A DNA stretch of 43,773 bases, from IMG/VR virus record IMGVR_UViG_2718218402_000005. One strand, written 5' to 3'. Source of the DNA: a virus (taxonomy: Duplodnaviria; Heunggongvirae; Uroviricota; Caudoviricetes). A model generated the notes under the pieces. That model made no database searches and was not told the DNA's origin. It saw only the letters and a program-made list of their open reading frames with translations. Below are positions 19,717-29,717 of the stretch, piece after piece. A program made the position numbers and the translations under genes. Positions within the stretch are counted from its first letter, which is position 1; every line of letters starts with the position of its first letter.

Positions 19717-19902
19717 TTACTTAATTATGTAATTCATACCCGAACTCTCTGTTGACAGCCTTCTTCTGCAGGCTTCAATAACCCACGCTGAAAAGTTTCC
19801 TGAACCTTTCAGATCAAGAGCGATGTTAATTTGTTCAATCATCTGGTTTGGAAATCGGATGTTGCGGGTTGTTGTTCTGCGGGTTCTGTTCTTTGATGAC
19901 AT
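19717..19902 (-). CDS. Ribbon-helix-helix (Arc/CopG-like) small protein, antisense in the late region
   Basis: RFPNQMIEQINIALDLKGSGNFSAWVIEACRRRL fits the RHH pattern. Confidence 0.4.
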   Translation of the reverse strand: MSSKNRTRRTTTRNIRFPNQMIEQINIALDLKGSGNFSAWVIEACRRRLSTESSGMNYIIK

Positions 19903-20069
19903 AATGTTTCCCCATATTCAGTGTTGCTGATTTGTATTATCTGAAGTTGCTTTTACGTTAATTTGACGCAGATCAATTAATACGATACCTGCGTCATAAT
20001 TGATTATTTGACGTGGTTTGATGGCGTAGATGCACGTTGTGATATGTAGATGATAATTATTATCATTTT

Positions 20070-20290
20070 GCGGGTCCTTTCCGGCGATCCGACAGGTTAC
20101 GGGGCGGCGACCTCGCGGGTTTTCGCTATTTATGAAAATTTTCCGGGATCCATGTCCGGTTTCTCTTCAAGTTAACTATATGAAAAATATAAAAACAGGT
20201 CTTCTGTGAACCGGACATGAACAAAAAACAGACATGTAAACCGGACATGACCGGTTTTGTTGTGATTGTGAGGTGAGAGTTTTTGCGAGG
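20070..20290 (+). other. cos site: cosQ, cosN (cohesive end GGGCGGCGACCT at 20102-20113), cosB
   Basis: CCGGCGATCCGACAGGTTACG|GGGCGGCGACCTCGCGGGTTTTCGCTATTTATGAAAATTTTCCGG matches the lambda cos junction from memory; three CCGGACATG elements at 20151-20159 (inverted), 20210-20218 and 20239-20247. Confidence 0.75.
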
Positions 20291-20296
20291 TGAGGA

Positions 20297-20806
20297 GTGG
20301 CTACGCAGACTGAAGTTGCCAGGCATTTAAGTCTGACCGATCGCCAGCTTCGCAGATTGCAGAAATTGCCGGGTGCCCCGATATCGAATAAGCGAGGGCA
20401 ACTGGATCTGGATGCCTGGCGCGATTTTTACATATCGTATCTGAGGAGAAGTAAAAACGATGTGCCTGATGGCGATAGCGAAGACGACTATGAGGAGAAA
20501 TTGCTTATTGCCAGATGGGAACTGACAGCAGAACAGGCTGTTACACAGCAGTTAAAAAATGAGGTGTCAAAAGGAAAACTTATTGACACCGGGTTCTGTA
20601 TTTTTGCCCTCAGTAAGCTGGCAATGGCGTTATCCAGTACGCTTGATTCCATCCCTTTATCCATGCAGCGACAGTTTCCTGATTTAACACCGCGCCATCT
20701 TGACCATCTGAAAACCCTTATTGCTAAGGGGGCAAATCAGTGTGCGCGGGCAGGGGATAAATTACCGGATTTACTCGATGAATATATCAGAGCAACAACT
20801 GAATAA
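20297..20806 (+). CDS. Terminase small subunit (Nu1-like)
   Basis: GTG start after GAGGTGAGGA; C-terminal half close to lambda Nu1 (TGFCIFALSKLA...LPLSMQRQFPDL...). Confidence 0.8.
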   Translation: MATQTEVARHLSLTDRQLRRLQKLPGAPISNKRGQLDLDAWRDFYISYLRRSKNDVPDGDSEDDYEEKLLIARWELTAEQAVTQQLKNEVSKGKLIDTGFCIFALSKLAMALSSTLDSIPLSMQRQFPDLTPRHLDHLKTLIAKGANQCARAGDKLPDLLDEYIRATTE

Positions 20807-22706
20807 TATGATGGCTGCCGTTTCGGTTGCGCTGCAGCCTCTGGTCAGGGTTGTACCAATGACGGCAGTTGAATGGGCTGATCAAAATTATTATCTGCCT
20901 AAAGAATCCTCATACGGTGAGGGCGAATGGAAAACGCTGCCATTCCAGATCGCCATTATGAACTGTATGGGTAACGACCAGGTTCGCACGGTTAACCTGA
21001 TTAAATCTGCCCGTGTTGGCTATACAAAGATGTTGCTGGGGGTGGTCGGGTATTTTATTGAGCATAAATCCCGAAACAGTCTGCTTTTTCAGCCCACGGA
21101 TTCTGCCGCTGAAGATTTTATGAAGTCTCACGTGGAGGCGACGATTCGGAACGTGCCATGCCTGAAAGACCTTTCCCCATGGCTGGGTCGTAAACATCGT
21201 GACAATACTCTCACGCTGAAACGCTTTTCATCGGGCGTCGGTTTCTGGTGCCTGGGCGGCGCTGCCGCCAAAAACTACCGTGAAAAATCCGTGGACGTGG
21301 TCTGCTATGACGAACTTTCCTCGTTCGAGCCGGATGTCGAAAAAGAGGGCTCGCCAACCCTGCTGGGGGATAAGCGTATTGAGGGGTCGGTGTGGCCAAA
21401 ATCCATTCGCGGCTCGACGCCTAAAATCAAAGGCACCTGCCAGATCGAAAAAGCCGCTAACGAGTCGGCGCATTTTATGCGTTTTTATGTGCCCTGCCCG
21501 CACTGTGGGGAGGCGCAGTATCTGAAATTTGGCGATGAGTCCACGCCTTTTGGGCTTAAATGGGAGAAGGACAGCCCTGAAAGTGTTTTCTACCTCTGTG
21601 AACATCATGGCTGCGTGATCCATCAGTCTGAGCTTGACCAGAGCAACGGGCGGTGGATCTGTGAAAACACGGGCATGTGGACCCGTGACGGTCTGACGTT
21701 TTTCAGCGCCCGGGGTGATGAAATTCCGCCGCCGCGCTCCATCATGTTCCATATCTGGACGGCGTACAGTCCGTTCACCACCTGGGTACAGATTGTCTAT
21801 GACTGGCTGGATGCACTGAAAGATCCCAACGGCCTGAAAACCTTTGTGAACACCACGCTGGGCGAGACCTGGGAAGAGGCCGTGGGCGAAAAACTCGATC
21901 ACCAGGTACTGATGGATAAGGTTGTGCGTTACACGGCGGCGGTGCCTGCCCGGGTGGTTTATCTGACGGCGGGCATTGACTCGCAGCGAAACCGTTTTGA
22001 GATGTATGTCTGGGGATGGGCTCCGGGAGAGGAAGCCTTTCTGGTGGATAAAATCATCATTATGGGGCGTCCCGATGAGGAAGAGACGCTGTTACGTGTG
22101 GATGCGGCGATCAACAAAAAATACCGCCATGCAGACGGAACCGAAATGACCATTTCCCGTGTCTGCTGGGACATCGGGGGGATCGATGGCGAAATCGTTT
22201 ATCAGAGGTCAAAAAAACACGGTGTTTTCCGGGTGCTGCCGGTAAAAGGCGCATCTGTCTATGGCAAGCCGGTGATCACCATGCCAAAAACCCGCAATCA
22301 GCGGGGCGTGTATCTGTGTGAAGTGGGGACGGACACCGCAAAAGAAATTCTCTATGCCCGTATGAAAGCCGATCCCACGCCTGTGGATGAAGCCACGTCG
22401 TATGCCATCCGTTTTCCTGATGATCCGGAGATTTTTTCGCAGACAGAGGCGCAGCAACTGGTCGCGGAAGAGCTTGTGGAGAAGTGGGAAAAAGGAAAGA
22501 TGCGTCTGCTGTGGGATAACAAAAAGCGGCGTAACGAAGCGCTGGACTGCCTGGTGTATGCCTACGCGGCATTACGTGTGTCCGTGCAACGCTGGCAGCT
22601 TGATCTGGCTGTACTGGCAAAATCCCGGGAAGAAGAGACGACCCGGCCAACCCTGAAAGAACTGGCAGCGAAGCTGTCCGGAGGAGTGAATGGTTACAGT
22701 CGCTGA
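20778..22706 (+). CDS. Terminase large subunit (gpA-like)
   Basis: MNISEQQLN...TAVEWADQNYYLPKESSYGEGEWKTLPFQ... closely matches lambda A; start overlaps the Nu1 end. Confidence 0.9.
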   Translation: MNISEQQLNNMMAAVSVALQPLVRVVPMTAVEWADQNYYLPKESSYGEGEWKTLPFQIAIMNCMGNDQVRTVNLIKSARVGYTKMLLGVVGYFIEHKSRNSLLFQPTDSAAEDFMKSHVEATIRNVPCLKDLSPWLGRKHRDNTLTLKRFSSGVGFWCLGGAAAKNYREKSVDVVCYDELSSFEPDVEKEGSPTLLGDKRIEGSVWPKSIRGSTPKIKGTCQIEKAANESAHFMRFYVPCPHCGEAQYLKFGDESTPFGLKWEKDSPESVFYLCEHHGCVIHQSELDQSNGRWICENTGMWTRDGLTFFSARGDEIPPPRSIMFHIWTAYSPFTTWVQIVYDWLDALKDPNGLKTFVNTTLGETWEEAVGEKLDHQVLMDKVVRYTAAVPARVVYLTAGIDSQRNRFEMYVWGWAPGEEAFLVDKIIIMGRPDEEETLLRVDAAINKKYRHADGTEMTISRVCWDIGGIDGEIVYQRSKKHGVFRVLPVKGASVYGKPVITMPKTRNQRGVYLCEVGTDTAKEILYARMKADPTPVDEATSYAIRFPDDPEIFSQTEAQQLVAEELVEKWEKGKMRLLWDNKKRRNEALDCLVYAYAALRVSVQRWQLDLAVLAKSREEETTRPTLKELAAKLSGGVNGYSR

Positions 22707-22896
22707 ACTGCAGGCGCTGCGTCAGGCGCGCCTTGATTTATTAACCGGTAAACGGGTGGTGTCTGTCCAGAAAGATGGTCGCAGAATTGAATATACGGCG
22801 GCCTCTCTGGATGATCTTAACCGGGCGATCAATGATGCGGAGTCAGTGCTGGGGACAACAAGCCGCCGCCGTCGTCCGCTGGGAGTGAGGTTATGA
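22690..22896 (+). CDS. Head-tail joining protein (gpW-like)
   Basis: LTGKRVVSVQKDGRRIEYTAASLDDL matches lambda W. Confidence 0.8.
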   Translation: MVTVAELQALRQARLDLLTGKRVVSVQKDGRRIEYTAASLDDLNRAINDAESVLGTTSRRRRPLGVRL

Positions 22897-24485
22897 AACG
22901 AACGCCTGTCCTGATTGATGTGAACGGTGTTCCGCTTCGGGAGAGCCTCAGCTACAACGGGGGCGGTGCAGGATTTGGCGGGCAAATGGCGGAGTGGTTG
23001 CCACCGGCGCAGAGTGCCGATGCGGCCCTGTTGCCCGCGTTGCGTCTGGGCAATGCCCGTGCAGATGATCTGGTGCGCAATAACGGGATAGCGGCCAATG
23101 CGGTGGCACTGCATAAGGATCATATTGTCGGGCATATGTTTCTGATCAGCTACCGTCCGAACTGGCGCTGGCTGGGGATGCGGGAGACTGCAGCAAAAAG
23201 TTTTGTCGATGAGGTGGAGGCGGCCTGGTCGGAATACGCCGAAGGGATGTCTGGCGAGATCGACGTGGAAGGGAAACGCACGTTTACGGAATTTATCCGT
23301 GAAGGTGTGGGCGTTCATGCGTTTAACGGCGAAATCTTTGTGCAGCCGGTCTGGGATACGGAGAGCACGCAACTGTTTCGTACGCGTTTTAAAGCCGTGA
23401 GTCCGAAACGGGTGGACACGCCAGGACACGGTATGGGGAACCGTTTTCTGCGGGCCGGGGTGGAGGTCGATCGATATGGCCGTGCCGTTGCGTACCATAT
23501 CTGTGAGGATGATTTTCCGTTCTCTGGTAGTGGACGATGGGAACGGATCCCGCGTGAACTACCCACCGGGCGTCCGGCCATGCTGCATATTTTCGAGCCG
23601 GTGGAGGACGGGCAGACCCGTGGGGCTAATCAGTTTTACAGCGTCATGGAACGGCTGAAGATGCTGGATTCCCTGCAGGCAACACAGCTTCAGTCGGCCA
23701 TTGTGAAAGCCATGTATGCAGCGACGATTGAAAGTGAACTTGATACCGAAAAGGCCTTTGAATATATCGCCGGTGCGCCGCAGGGGCAGAAGGATAATCC
23801 GCTTATTAATATTCTGGAGAAGTTCTCCAGCTGGTATGACACGAATAACGTGACGCTGGGCGGTGTCAGAATTCCGCACCTTTTCCCCGGGGATGATCTG
23901 AAACTGCAGACTGCGCAGGATTCAGACAATGGATTTTCGGCGCTTGAACAGGCGCTGCTGCGGTATATCGCCGCCGGTCTTGGCGTTTCCTACGAACAGT
24001 TGTCCCGTGATTACTCGAAGGTCAGTTATTCAAGTGCCCGCGCCTCCGCCAATGAGTCGTGGCGCTATTTTATGGGGCGGCGAAAATTTATTGCGGCCCG
24101 GCTGGCCACGCAGATGTTTTCCTGCTGGCTGGAAGAGGCACTTCTTCGGGGGATTATTCGTCCGCCACGGGCGCGTTTTGATTTTTATCAGGCGCGATCA
24201 GCCTGGTCACGGGCAGAGTGGATTGGTGCCGGAAGAATGGCCATTGACGGGCTCAAGGAAGTCCAGGAATCAGTGATGCGCATTGAGGCCGGACTGAGCA
24301 CGTATGAGAAAGAGCTGGCGCTGATGGGCGAGGATTATCAGGACATTTTCCGCCAGCAGGTCAGGGAATCTGCTGAGCGGCAAAAAGCCGGACTCTCACG
24401 TCCGGTGTGGATAGCGCAGGCGTATCAGCAGCAGATAGCGGAGAGTCGCAGGCCGGAAGAGGAGACAACACCCCGTGAGACGTAA
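22893..24485 (+). CDS. Portal protein (gpB-like)
   Basis: Strong similarity to lambda B across its length (ADDLVRNNG, VEDGQTRGAN, LQSAIVKAMYAATIESELDT). Confidence 0.9.
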   Translation: MKRTPVLIDVNGVPLRESLSYNGGGAGFGGQMAEWLPPAQSADAALLPALRLGNARADDLVRNNGIAANAVALHKDHIVGHMFLISYRPNWRWLGMRETAAKSFVDEVEAAWSEYAEGMSGEIDVEGKRTFTEFIREGVGVHAFNGEIFVQPVWDTESTQLFRTRFKAVSPKRVDTPGHGMGNRFLRAGVEVDRYGRAVAYHICEDDFPFSGSGRWERIPRELPTGRPAMLHIFEPVEDGQTRGANQFYSVMERLKMLDSLQATQLQSAIVKAMYAATIESELDTEKAFEYIAGAPQGQKDNPLINILEKFSSWYDTNNVTLGGVRIPHLFPGDDLKLQTAQDSDNGFSALEQALLRYIAAGLGVSYEQLSRDYSKVSYSSARASANESWRYFMGRRKFIAARLATQMFSCWLEEALLRGIIRPPRARFDFYQARSAWSRAEWIGAGRMAIDGLKEVQESVMRIEAGLSTYEKELALMGEDYQDIFRQQVRESAERQKAGLSRPVWIAQAYQQQIAESRRPEEETTPRET

Positions 24486-25980
24486 TCTTTCACACATTAT
24501 TGCCGCAGCATTCAATGAACCGCTGCTTCTGGAGCCCGCCTATGCGCGGGTTTTCTTTTGCGCGCTCGGGCGCGAGATGGGGGCAGCAAGTCTTTCGGTA
24601 CCACAGCAGCAGGTACAGCTTGATGCTCCCGGAATGCTGGCTGAAACGGACGAGTACATGGCCGGAGGTAAACGACCGGCCCGTGTTTACCGGGTGGTGA
24701 ACGGTATTGCTGTACTGCCGGTGACCGGCACGCTGGTGCACCGGCTGGGTGGTATGCGGCCATTTTCCGGAATGACAGGCTATGACGGCATTGTCGCCTG
24801 TCTTCAGCAGGCAATGGCGGATAGCCAGGTGCGGGGCGTACTGCTGGACATTGACAGTCCGGGCGGGCAGGCCGCCGGCGCGTTTGACTGCGCTGACATG
24901 ATTTACCGCCTCCGTCAGCAGAAGCCGGTCTGGGCACTGTGCAATGACACGGCCTGTTCTGCAGCCATGCTGCTGGCGTCGGCCTGCTCCCGACGGCTGG
25001 TTACCCAGACATCCCGTATCGGCTCCATTGGCGTGATGATGAGCCATGTCAGCTATGCCGGTCATCTGGCGCAGGCCGGTGTGGATATCACGCTGATTTA
25101 CTCAGGGGCGCACAAGGTGGATGGCAATCAGTTTGAAGCCTTACCGGCAGAGGTTCGCCAGGACATGCAGCAGCGCATTGATGCGGCGCGCCGGATGTTT
25201 GCCGAAAAAGTGGCCATGTTTACCGGTCTGTCTGTTGATGCCGTCACGGGAACAGAGGCCGCCGTTTTTGAAGGTCAGTCCGGCATTGAGGCCGGGCTGG
25301 CGGATGAATTAGTCAATGCGTCGGATGCCATCAGTGTGATGGCCACGGCGCTGAACAGTAATGTCAGAGGAGGCACTATGCCGCAATTAACTGCAACGGA
25401 AGCCGCCGCGCAGGAGAACCAGCGAGTGATGGGGATCCTGACATGCCAGGAAGCGAAAGGACGTGAACAGCTTGCCACGATGCTGGCAGGACAACAGGGC
25501 ATGAGCGTTGAACAGGCCCGGGCGATTCTGGCCGCGGCGGCACCGCAGCAGCCGGTGGCATCCACGCAGAGTGAAGCCGATCGCATTATGGCGTGTGAAG
25601 AAGCGAACGGTCGTGAACAACTGGCGGCAACGCTGGCGGCGATGCCGGAGATGACGGTGGAAAAAGCCCGCCCGATCCTGGCTGCTTCACCGCAGGCGGA
25701 TGCCGGACCCTCACTCCGTGATCAGATCATGGCACTGGATGAGGCAAAAGGGGCTGAGGCGCAGGCTGAACAGCTGGCTGCCTGCCCGGGAATGACTGTG
25801 GAGAGCGCCCGGGCTGTGCTGGCTGCGGGATCAGGTAAGGCAGAACCGGTCTCTGCATCCACAACCGCCCTGTTTGAACGCATCATGGCGAACCATTCAC
25901 CGGCTGCGGTACAGGGTGGCGTGCCACAGACGTCAGCAGACGGTGATGCGGACGTGAAAATGCTCATGGCCATGCCATGA
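24475..25980 (+). CDS. Head maturation protease/scaffold (gpC-like, S49 family) with expanded C-terminal repeats
   Basis: GTG start; N-terminal two-thirds match lambda C; C-terminus has three tandem copies of a roughly 40-aa motif. Confidence 0.85.
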   Translation: MRRNLSHIIAAAFNEPLLLEPAYARVFFCALGREMGAASLSVPQQQVQLDAPGMLAETDEYMAGGKRPARVYRVVNGIAVLPVTGTLVHRLGGMRPFSGMTGYDGIVACLQQAMADSQVRGVLLDIDSPGGQAAGAFDCADMIYRLRQQKPVWALCNDTACSAAMLLASACSRRLVTQTSRIGSIGVMMSHVSYAGHLAQAGVDITLIYSGAHKVDGNQFEALPAEVRQDMQQRIDAARRMFAEKVAMFTGLSVDAVTGTEAAVFEGQSGIEAGLADELVNASDAISVMATALNSNVRGGTMPQLTATEAAAQENQRVMGILTCQEAKGREQLATMLAGQQGMSVEQARAILAAAAPQQPVASTQSEADRIMACEEANGREQLAATLAAMPEMTVEKARPILAASPQADAGPSLRDQIMALDEAKGAEAQAEQLAACPGMTVESARAVLAAGSGKAEPVSASTTALFERIMANHSPAAVQGGVPQTSADGDADVKMLMAMP

Positions 25981-26016
25981 AGTCAGTGCTGACCATCAAC
26001 AGGAGGTTTTTACAAT

Positions 26017-26364
26017 ATGGTAACGAAAAACATCACTGAACAGCGTGCGGAAGTACGTATTTTTGCCGGTAATGATCCGGCTCATACCGCCACAGGCAGC
26101 AGCGGGATTTCCTCGGCAACACCGGCACTGACGCCCCTGATGCTGGATGAAGCCAGCGGGAAACTGGTGGTCTGGGACGGACAGAAAGCCGGTAGTGCAG
26201 TTGGCATACTGGTACTGCCGCTTGAAGGCACAGAGACGGTACTGACGTATTACAAGTCGGGGACCTTTGCGACGGAGGCAATCCGCTGGCCTGAAAGTGT
26301 GGATGAACACAAAAAGGCAAATGCCTTTGCCGGCAGTGCCCTGAGTCACGCGGCGCTGCCGTAA
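26017..26364 (+). CDS. Head decoration protein (gpD-like)
   Basis: DPAHTATG...TPLMLDEASGKLVVWDG...GILVLP...YYKSGTF matches lambda D. Confidence 0.85.
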   Translation: MVTKNITEQRAEVRIFAGNDPAHTATGSSGISSATPALTPLMLDEASGKLVVWDGQKAGSAVGILVLPLEGTETVLTYYKSGTFATEAIRWPESVDEHKKANAFAGSALSHAALP

Positions 26365-26421
26365 CACGTTATCAGGCCACCGCGGTGGCCTGACTGATTT
26401 CTGAATGAAAGGAACTGATTT

Positions 26422-27081
26422 ATGGGATTGTTTACGACCCGCCAGTTACTCGGTTATACCGAACAAAAAGTGAAATTTCGTGCGCTGTTTCTGGAGCTGT
26501 TTTTCCGCCGTACGGTGAATTTCCATACCGAAGAGGTGATGCTGGACAAAATTACCGGAAAAACGCCGGTGGCGGCCTATGTCTCCCCGGTTGTTGAAGG
26601 AAAAGTGCTGCGTCATCGCGGTGGTGAAACCCGCAATGAAATCACACAGACGGTCAGTAAAACGCTGGAAGACCAGAGCGCCACCATTCAGCAGATACAG
26701 CGCGTGCAGAAGGACACAAATGATGACCTGGCTGCGCTGTACATGCTGAAGGTTCAAAAAACGAAAGACGGCATTCCCTATGTGGCCGGGATTGGTGCAG
26801 GGATTGAGGATACTGATGGCCATCCACTGAGCAACATACTGCTGCTGGCTGACCGTATCGCGATGATAAATCCGGAGAGCGGCAACAGCACTCCGTTATT
26901 TGTGGCGCAGGGGAATCAGCTGTTCATGAACGACGTGTTCCTGAAGCGTCTGTTTGCGGCGAGTATCACGTCATCCGGCAACCCCCCGACGTTTTCCCTG
27001 ACGCCGGAAGGGAAGCTGACAGCCAGGAACGCGGATACCGTTATGAGTTCACGGATCACCTGGGCGGCATTGTCGCGCTGA
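26422..27081 (+). pseudogene. Major capsid gene E, 5' fragment fused to unrelated sequence
   Basis: First 70 codons match lambda E; remainder does not and runs into the lom fragment. Confidence 0.6.
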
Positions 27082-27473
27082 GTTATGCATCGGTGAAGAA
27101 AAGTGACACGATGAAGACGGGTGAAAATACCTTCCATTATGAAAGCCTGCGCGGTCGTTATGTCAGTCTGATGGCCGGCCCTGTCTGGCAGCTCAGTGAG
27201 CGGGTCAGTCTCTATGGCATGGCCGGGATGGCGTACACCCGCTGGTCTGACAGTGTTCAGGATTACCGGCGTGATGAAGTGAAACCGGGGTATGTGAAGG
27301 AGACCACCACCGCCAGTGATGGTCATACTGCGCGTCATCTGTCGCCGGCCTGGAATGCCGGGATTCAGTTCAGTCCCGTAGAGACGGTGGTTATTGACCT
27401 TGCTTATGAAGGTTCCGGCAGTGGCGACTGGCGCACTGACGGTTTCATCGTGGGTGTCGGCTATAAATTCTGA
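26990..27473 (+). pseudogene. lom (Ail/Lom outer membrane protein) 3' fragment
   Basis: [18 protein letters not shown] ... LAYEGSGSGDWRTDGFIVGVGYKF matches the C-terminal two-thirds of lambda Lom; no N-terminal signal peptide region; tail genes absent between E and lom. Confidence 0.65.
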
Positions 27474-27537
27474 TTAGCCAGGTAACACAGTGTTATGACA
27501 GCCCGCCGGTTCAGGCGGGCTTTTTTGTGGGGTGAAT

Positions 27538-28416
27538 ATGGCAGTAAAGATTTCAGGTGTACTGAAAGACGGCACAGGAAAACCGGTACAGAACTGCACA
27601 ATCCAGCTGAAAGCAAAACGTAACAGCACCACGGTGGTGGTGAACACGCTGGCCTCAGAAAATCCGGATGAAGCCGGGCGTTACAGCATGGACGTTGAGT
27701 ACGGTCAGTACAGCGTTATTCTGTTGGTGGAAGGGTTCCCGCCGTCACATGCCGGGACCATCACCGTGTATGAAGATTCTCAGCCGGGTACGCTGAATGA
27801 TTTTCTCGGTGCCATGACGGAGGAGGATGCCCGGCCGGAGGCACTGCGCCGTTTTGAACTGATGGTGGAAGAGGTGGCGCGTCACGCTGAGGAGGCGAAG
27901 AAGAATGCCGGAGAGGCGGAGACGTCAGCGAGGAATGCCGGCATATCAGCCAGTCAGGCAGAAGAGAGCGCTGCAAATGCTGACACTTCAGCAGGGGAGG
28001 CATCGGAGTCAGCCCGGCAGGCGGCAGAAAGTGCAGCCTCAGCAAAGCAGTCAGAGGATGCGTCCTCGTCCTCGGCTTCTGCGGCCGCTCAAAAAGCCAG
28101 TGAGTCATCACAAAGTGCAGCAGAAGCTGAATTGTCAAGAAAGACGGCAGAAAGTGCAGCCGGTAATGCAGCCAGGGATGCAACGACCGCAACAGAAAAA
28201 GCCCGGGAGTCAGCAGAAAGCGCACAGTCAGCGGAACAAAGCAGGATAGCGGCGGAAGAGGCCGTAAACCGAATCCCCACCGTGGTGGGACCTCCCGGGC
28301 CAAAGGGGGAAACCTGTGCCAGATCGCGTTTTTCAAACTTTTTAATTTCCGTTGCCGCTCTGCGGGCTTTTTTTACCAAAAATACCAAACATCGTGACGT
28401 TCCTTTGGGTGGGTGA
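27538..28416 (+). pseudogene. Side tail fibre gene stf, 5' fragment
   Basis: MAVKISGVLKDGTGKPVQNCTIQLKAKRNSTTVVVNT... matches the lambda Stf N-terminus; becomes non-protein-like after about codon 260. Confidence 0.7.
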
Positions 28417-28561
28417 GCCAACGCCCGGGAGCGATCTGCCCACAGAGAAAGTCACACTGACCACTCCATAAGCTCCCCCCGAAAGGCTCTGTGGTTGGTA
28501 TGCGCCGGGCGTGGTGCGGATACAAAAAAGGTCCGCAAAAGCGAGCGAGGGAAAATAAGTG

Positions 28562-28638
28562 TGGTGCGTTGTACTGGGTTCGAACCAGTGACCGATTGCT
28601 TAGAAGGCAATTGCTCTGTCCGGCTGAGCTAAAAACGC
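28562..28638 (-). tRNA. tRNA-Arg (anticodon UCU), second copy
   Basis: Reverse complement matches 11649-11725 with one acceptor-stem mismatch (T6 opposite C67). Confidence 0.6.
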
Positions 28639-28651
28639 AGAATACCGATAA

Positions 28652-28728
28652 TGGACCGCCATCGGAGACTCGAACCCCGCGAAACCAGCTTCGAAGGCTG
28701 GCGTTCTATCCCGATGAGCTAATGGCGG
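28652..28728 (-). tRNA. tRNA-Arg (anticodon UCG), second copy
   Basis: Fully paired acceptor stem CCGCCAT/ATGGCGG; anticodon loop CTTCGAA. Confidence 0.7.
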
Positions 28729-28735
28729 TATGTGA

Positions 28736-28811
28736 TGGTGGCCCTTGCTGGATTTGAACCAGCGGCCTGGCGATTATGAGTCGCTCGCTCTCACCACTGA
28801 GCTAAAGGGCC
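28736..28811 (-). tRNA. tRNA with anticodon CAU (Met/Ile2-type), second copy
   Basis: Reverse complement nearly identical to 11476-11551. Confidence 0.75.
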
Positions 28812-28930
28812 GGGCGCAGGATAATAACGTTACGAAATCAATGTTGCAAGCATTCAAGAATCACCTGGTTAAAAATTACCCTTGCTTCCTCCACCAGCGC
28901 ATTCACCATGTCTATCCGAGATAAGTGGCA

Positions 28931-28962
28931 CAAAAAAACCCGCTTGTGGGCGGGTTTTGTTT
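28931..28962 (-). terminator. Bidirectional intrinsic terminator downstream of the Unit 2 Q-position gene
   Basis: A-run, CCCGC-TTGTG-GGCGGG hairpin, T-run. Confidence 0.5.
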
Positions 28963-29021
28963 GCTTTTGCCATCACGTACAAAATCGGCAAAATATCAGA
29001 TTTGCATGAAATATATGCCTT

Positions 29022-29717
29022 TCAATCTACTTTTGCAACACTTTGCTTTGAAAATGCCGCCTTTTGTTTTGAACGCGTTCTCATTACAAACAATAAAGCC
29101 TCACTATCCAGTCGGTGAAAAATGTGTTTCATTGCAACCCAGTGACGAGTAAATGTTTTGGACCAGTTTTTAGTTGTCACTCCCACCAGTAATGCCAGCT
29201 CCTTGTATTCATAACCTTCCCCACCAAAAAGTTCTGCTTTTACTGCCTGCGCCGCCAGCCAGATTAATTTTTTCAGGCGTTCCTGCGTTTTCCCTGCAAT
29301 TTTTCTGGTACCGGATTGAGTATTAAATTCATTCCACGCCCACTGTGTTATCGCGATCTGATATTCCCAACAAATACTCCCGCTGTAACACCACAACAAC
29401 CAGGCTTTATGATGTTCTTCAAGAGACAGAACAGCCCGCCGCCACGATGATGTCGAAAACTCAATCGGACTGACCAGAGGAATTGACGTCCCCTTCGCCA
29501 GCGATTGCTTTCCCGGGATTGGTGGATTATCCCGCGTTATCATTTTTCCAGTCACTTCATCGCGGTACCGGATTTTTTTACGCCTGTAACGCCCTGTATC
29601 GAACATGGCATTCTCCTGCCAGGCTTCAAGCTGACCTTTTGTTGCCCCACTCAAATCAGCGGTGGCGATAATGAGCTGCTCACGCACAAACTGTAAATAC
29701 TGGTTATTCATGCGCAC
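29022..29717 (-). CDS. Putative late-gene antiterminator (Q-position protein, 231 aa)
   Basis: Downstream of rusA and upstream of terminator and tRNAs; unrelated in sequence to the Unit 1 Q-position protein. Confidence 0.4.
   Translation of the reverse strand: MRMNNQYLQFVREQLIIATADLSGATKGQLEAWQENAMFDTGRYRRKKIRYRDEVTGKMITRDNPPIPGKQSLAKGTSIPLVSPIEFSTSSWRRAVLSLEEHHKAWLLWCYSGSICWEYQIAITQWAWNEFNTQSGTRKIAGKTQERLKKLIWLAAQAVKAELFGGEGYEYKELALLVGVTTKNWSKTFTRHWVAMKHIFHRLDSEALLFVMRTRSKQKAAFSKQSVAKVD

Noticed and set aside
21228-21902. 224-aa minus-strand ORF inside the terminase large subunit gene (similar long antisense ORFs at 22722-23498 and 24490-25065)
   Set aside because: Antisense shadow frames within well-supported, lambda-like head genes
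28264-28272. GTAAACCGA near the stf 5' truncation point, matching one half of a gix-type crossover site as I recall it
   Set aside because: Only a 9-bp half-site with no partner half at the correct spacing; too short to support a site-specific recombination claim
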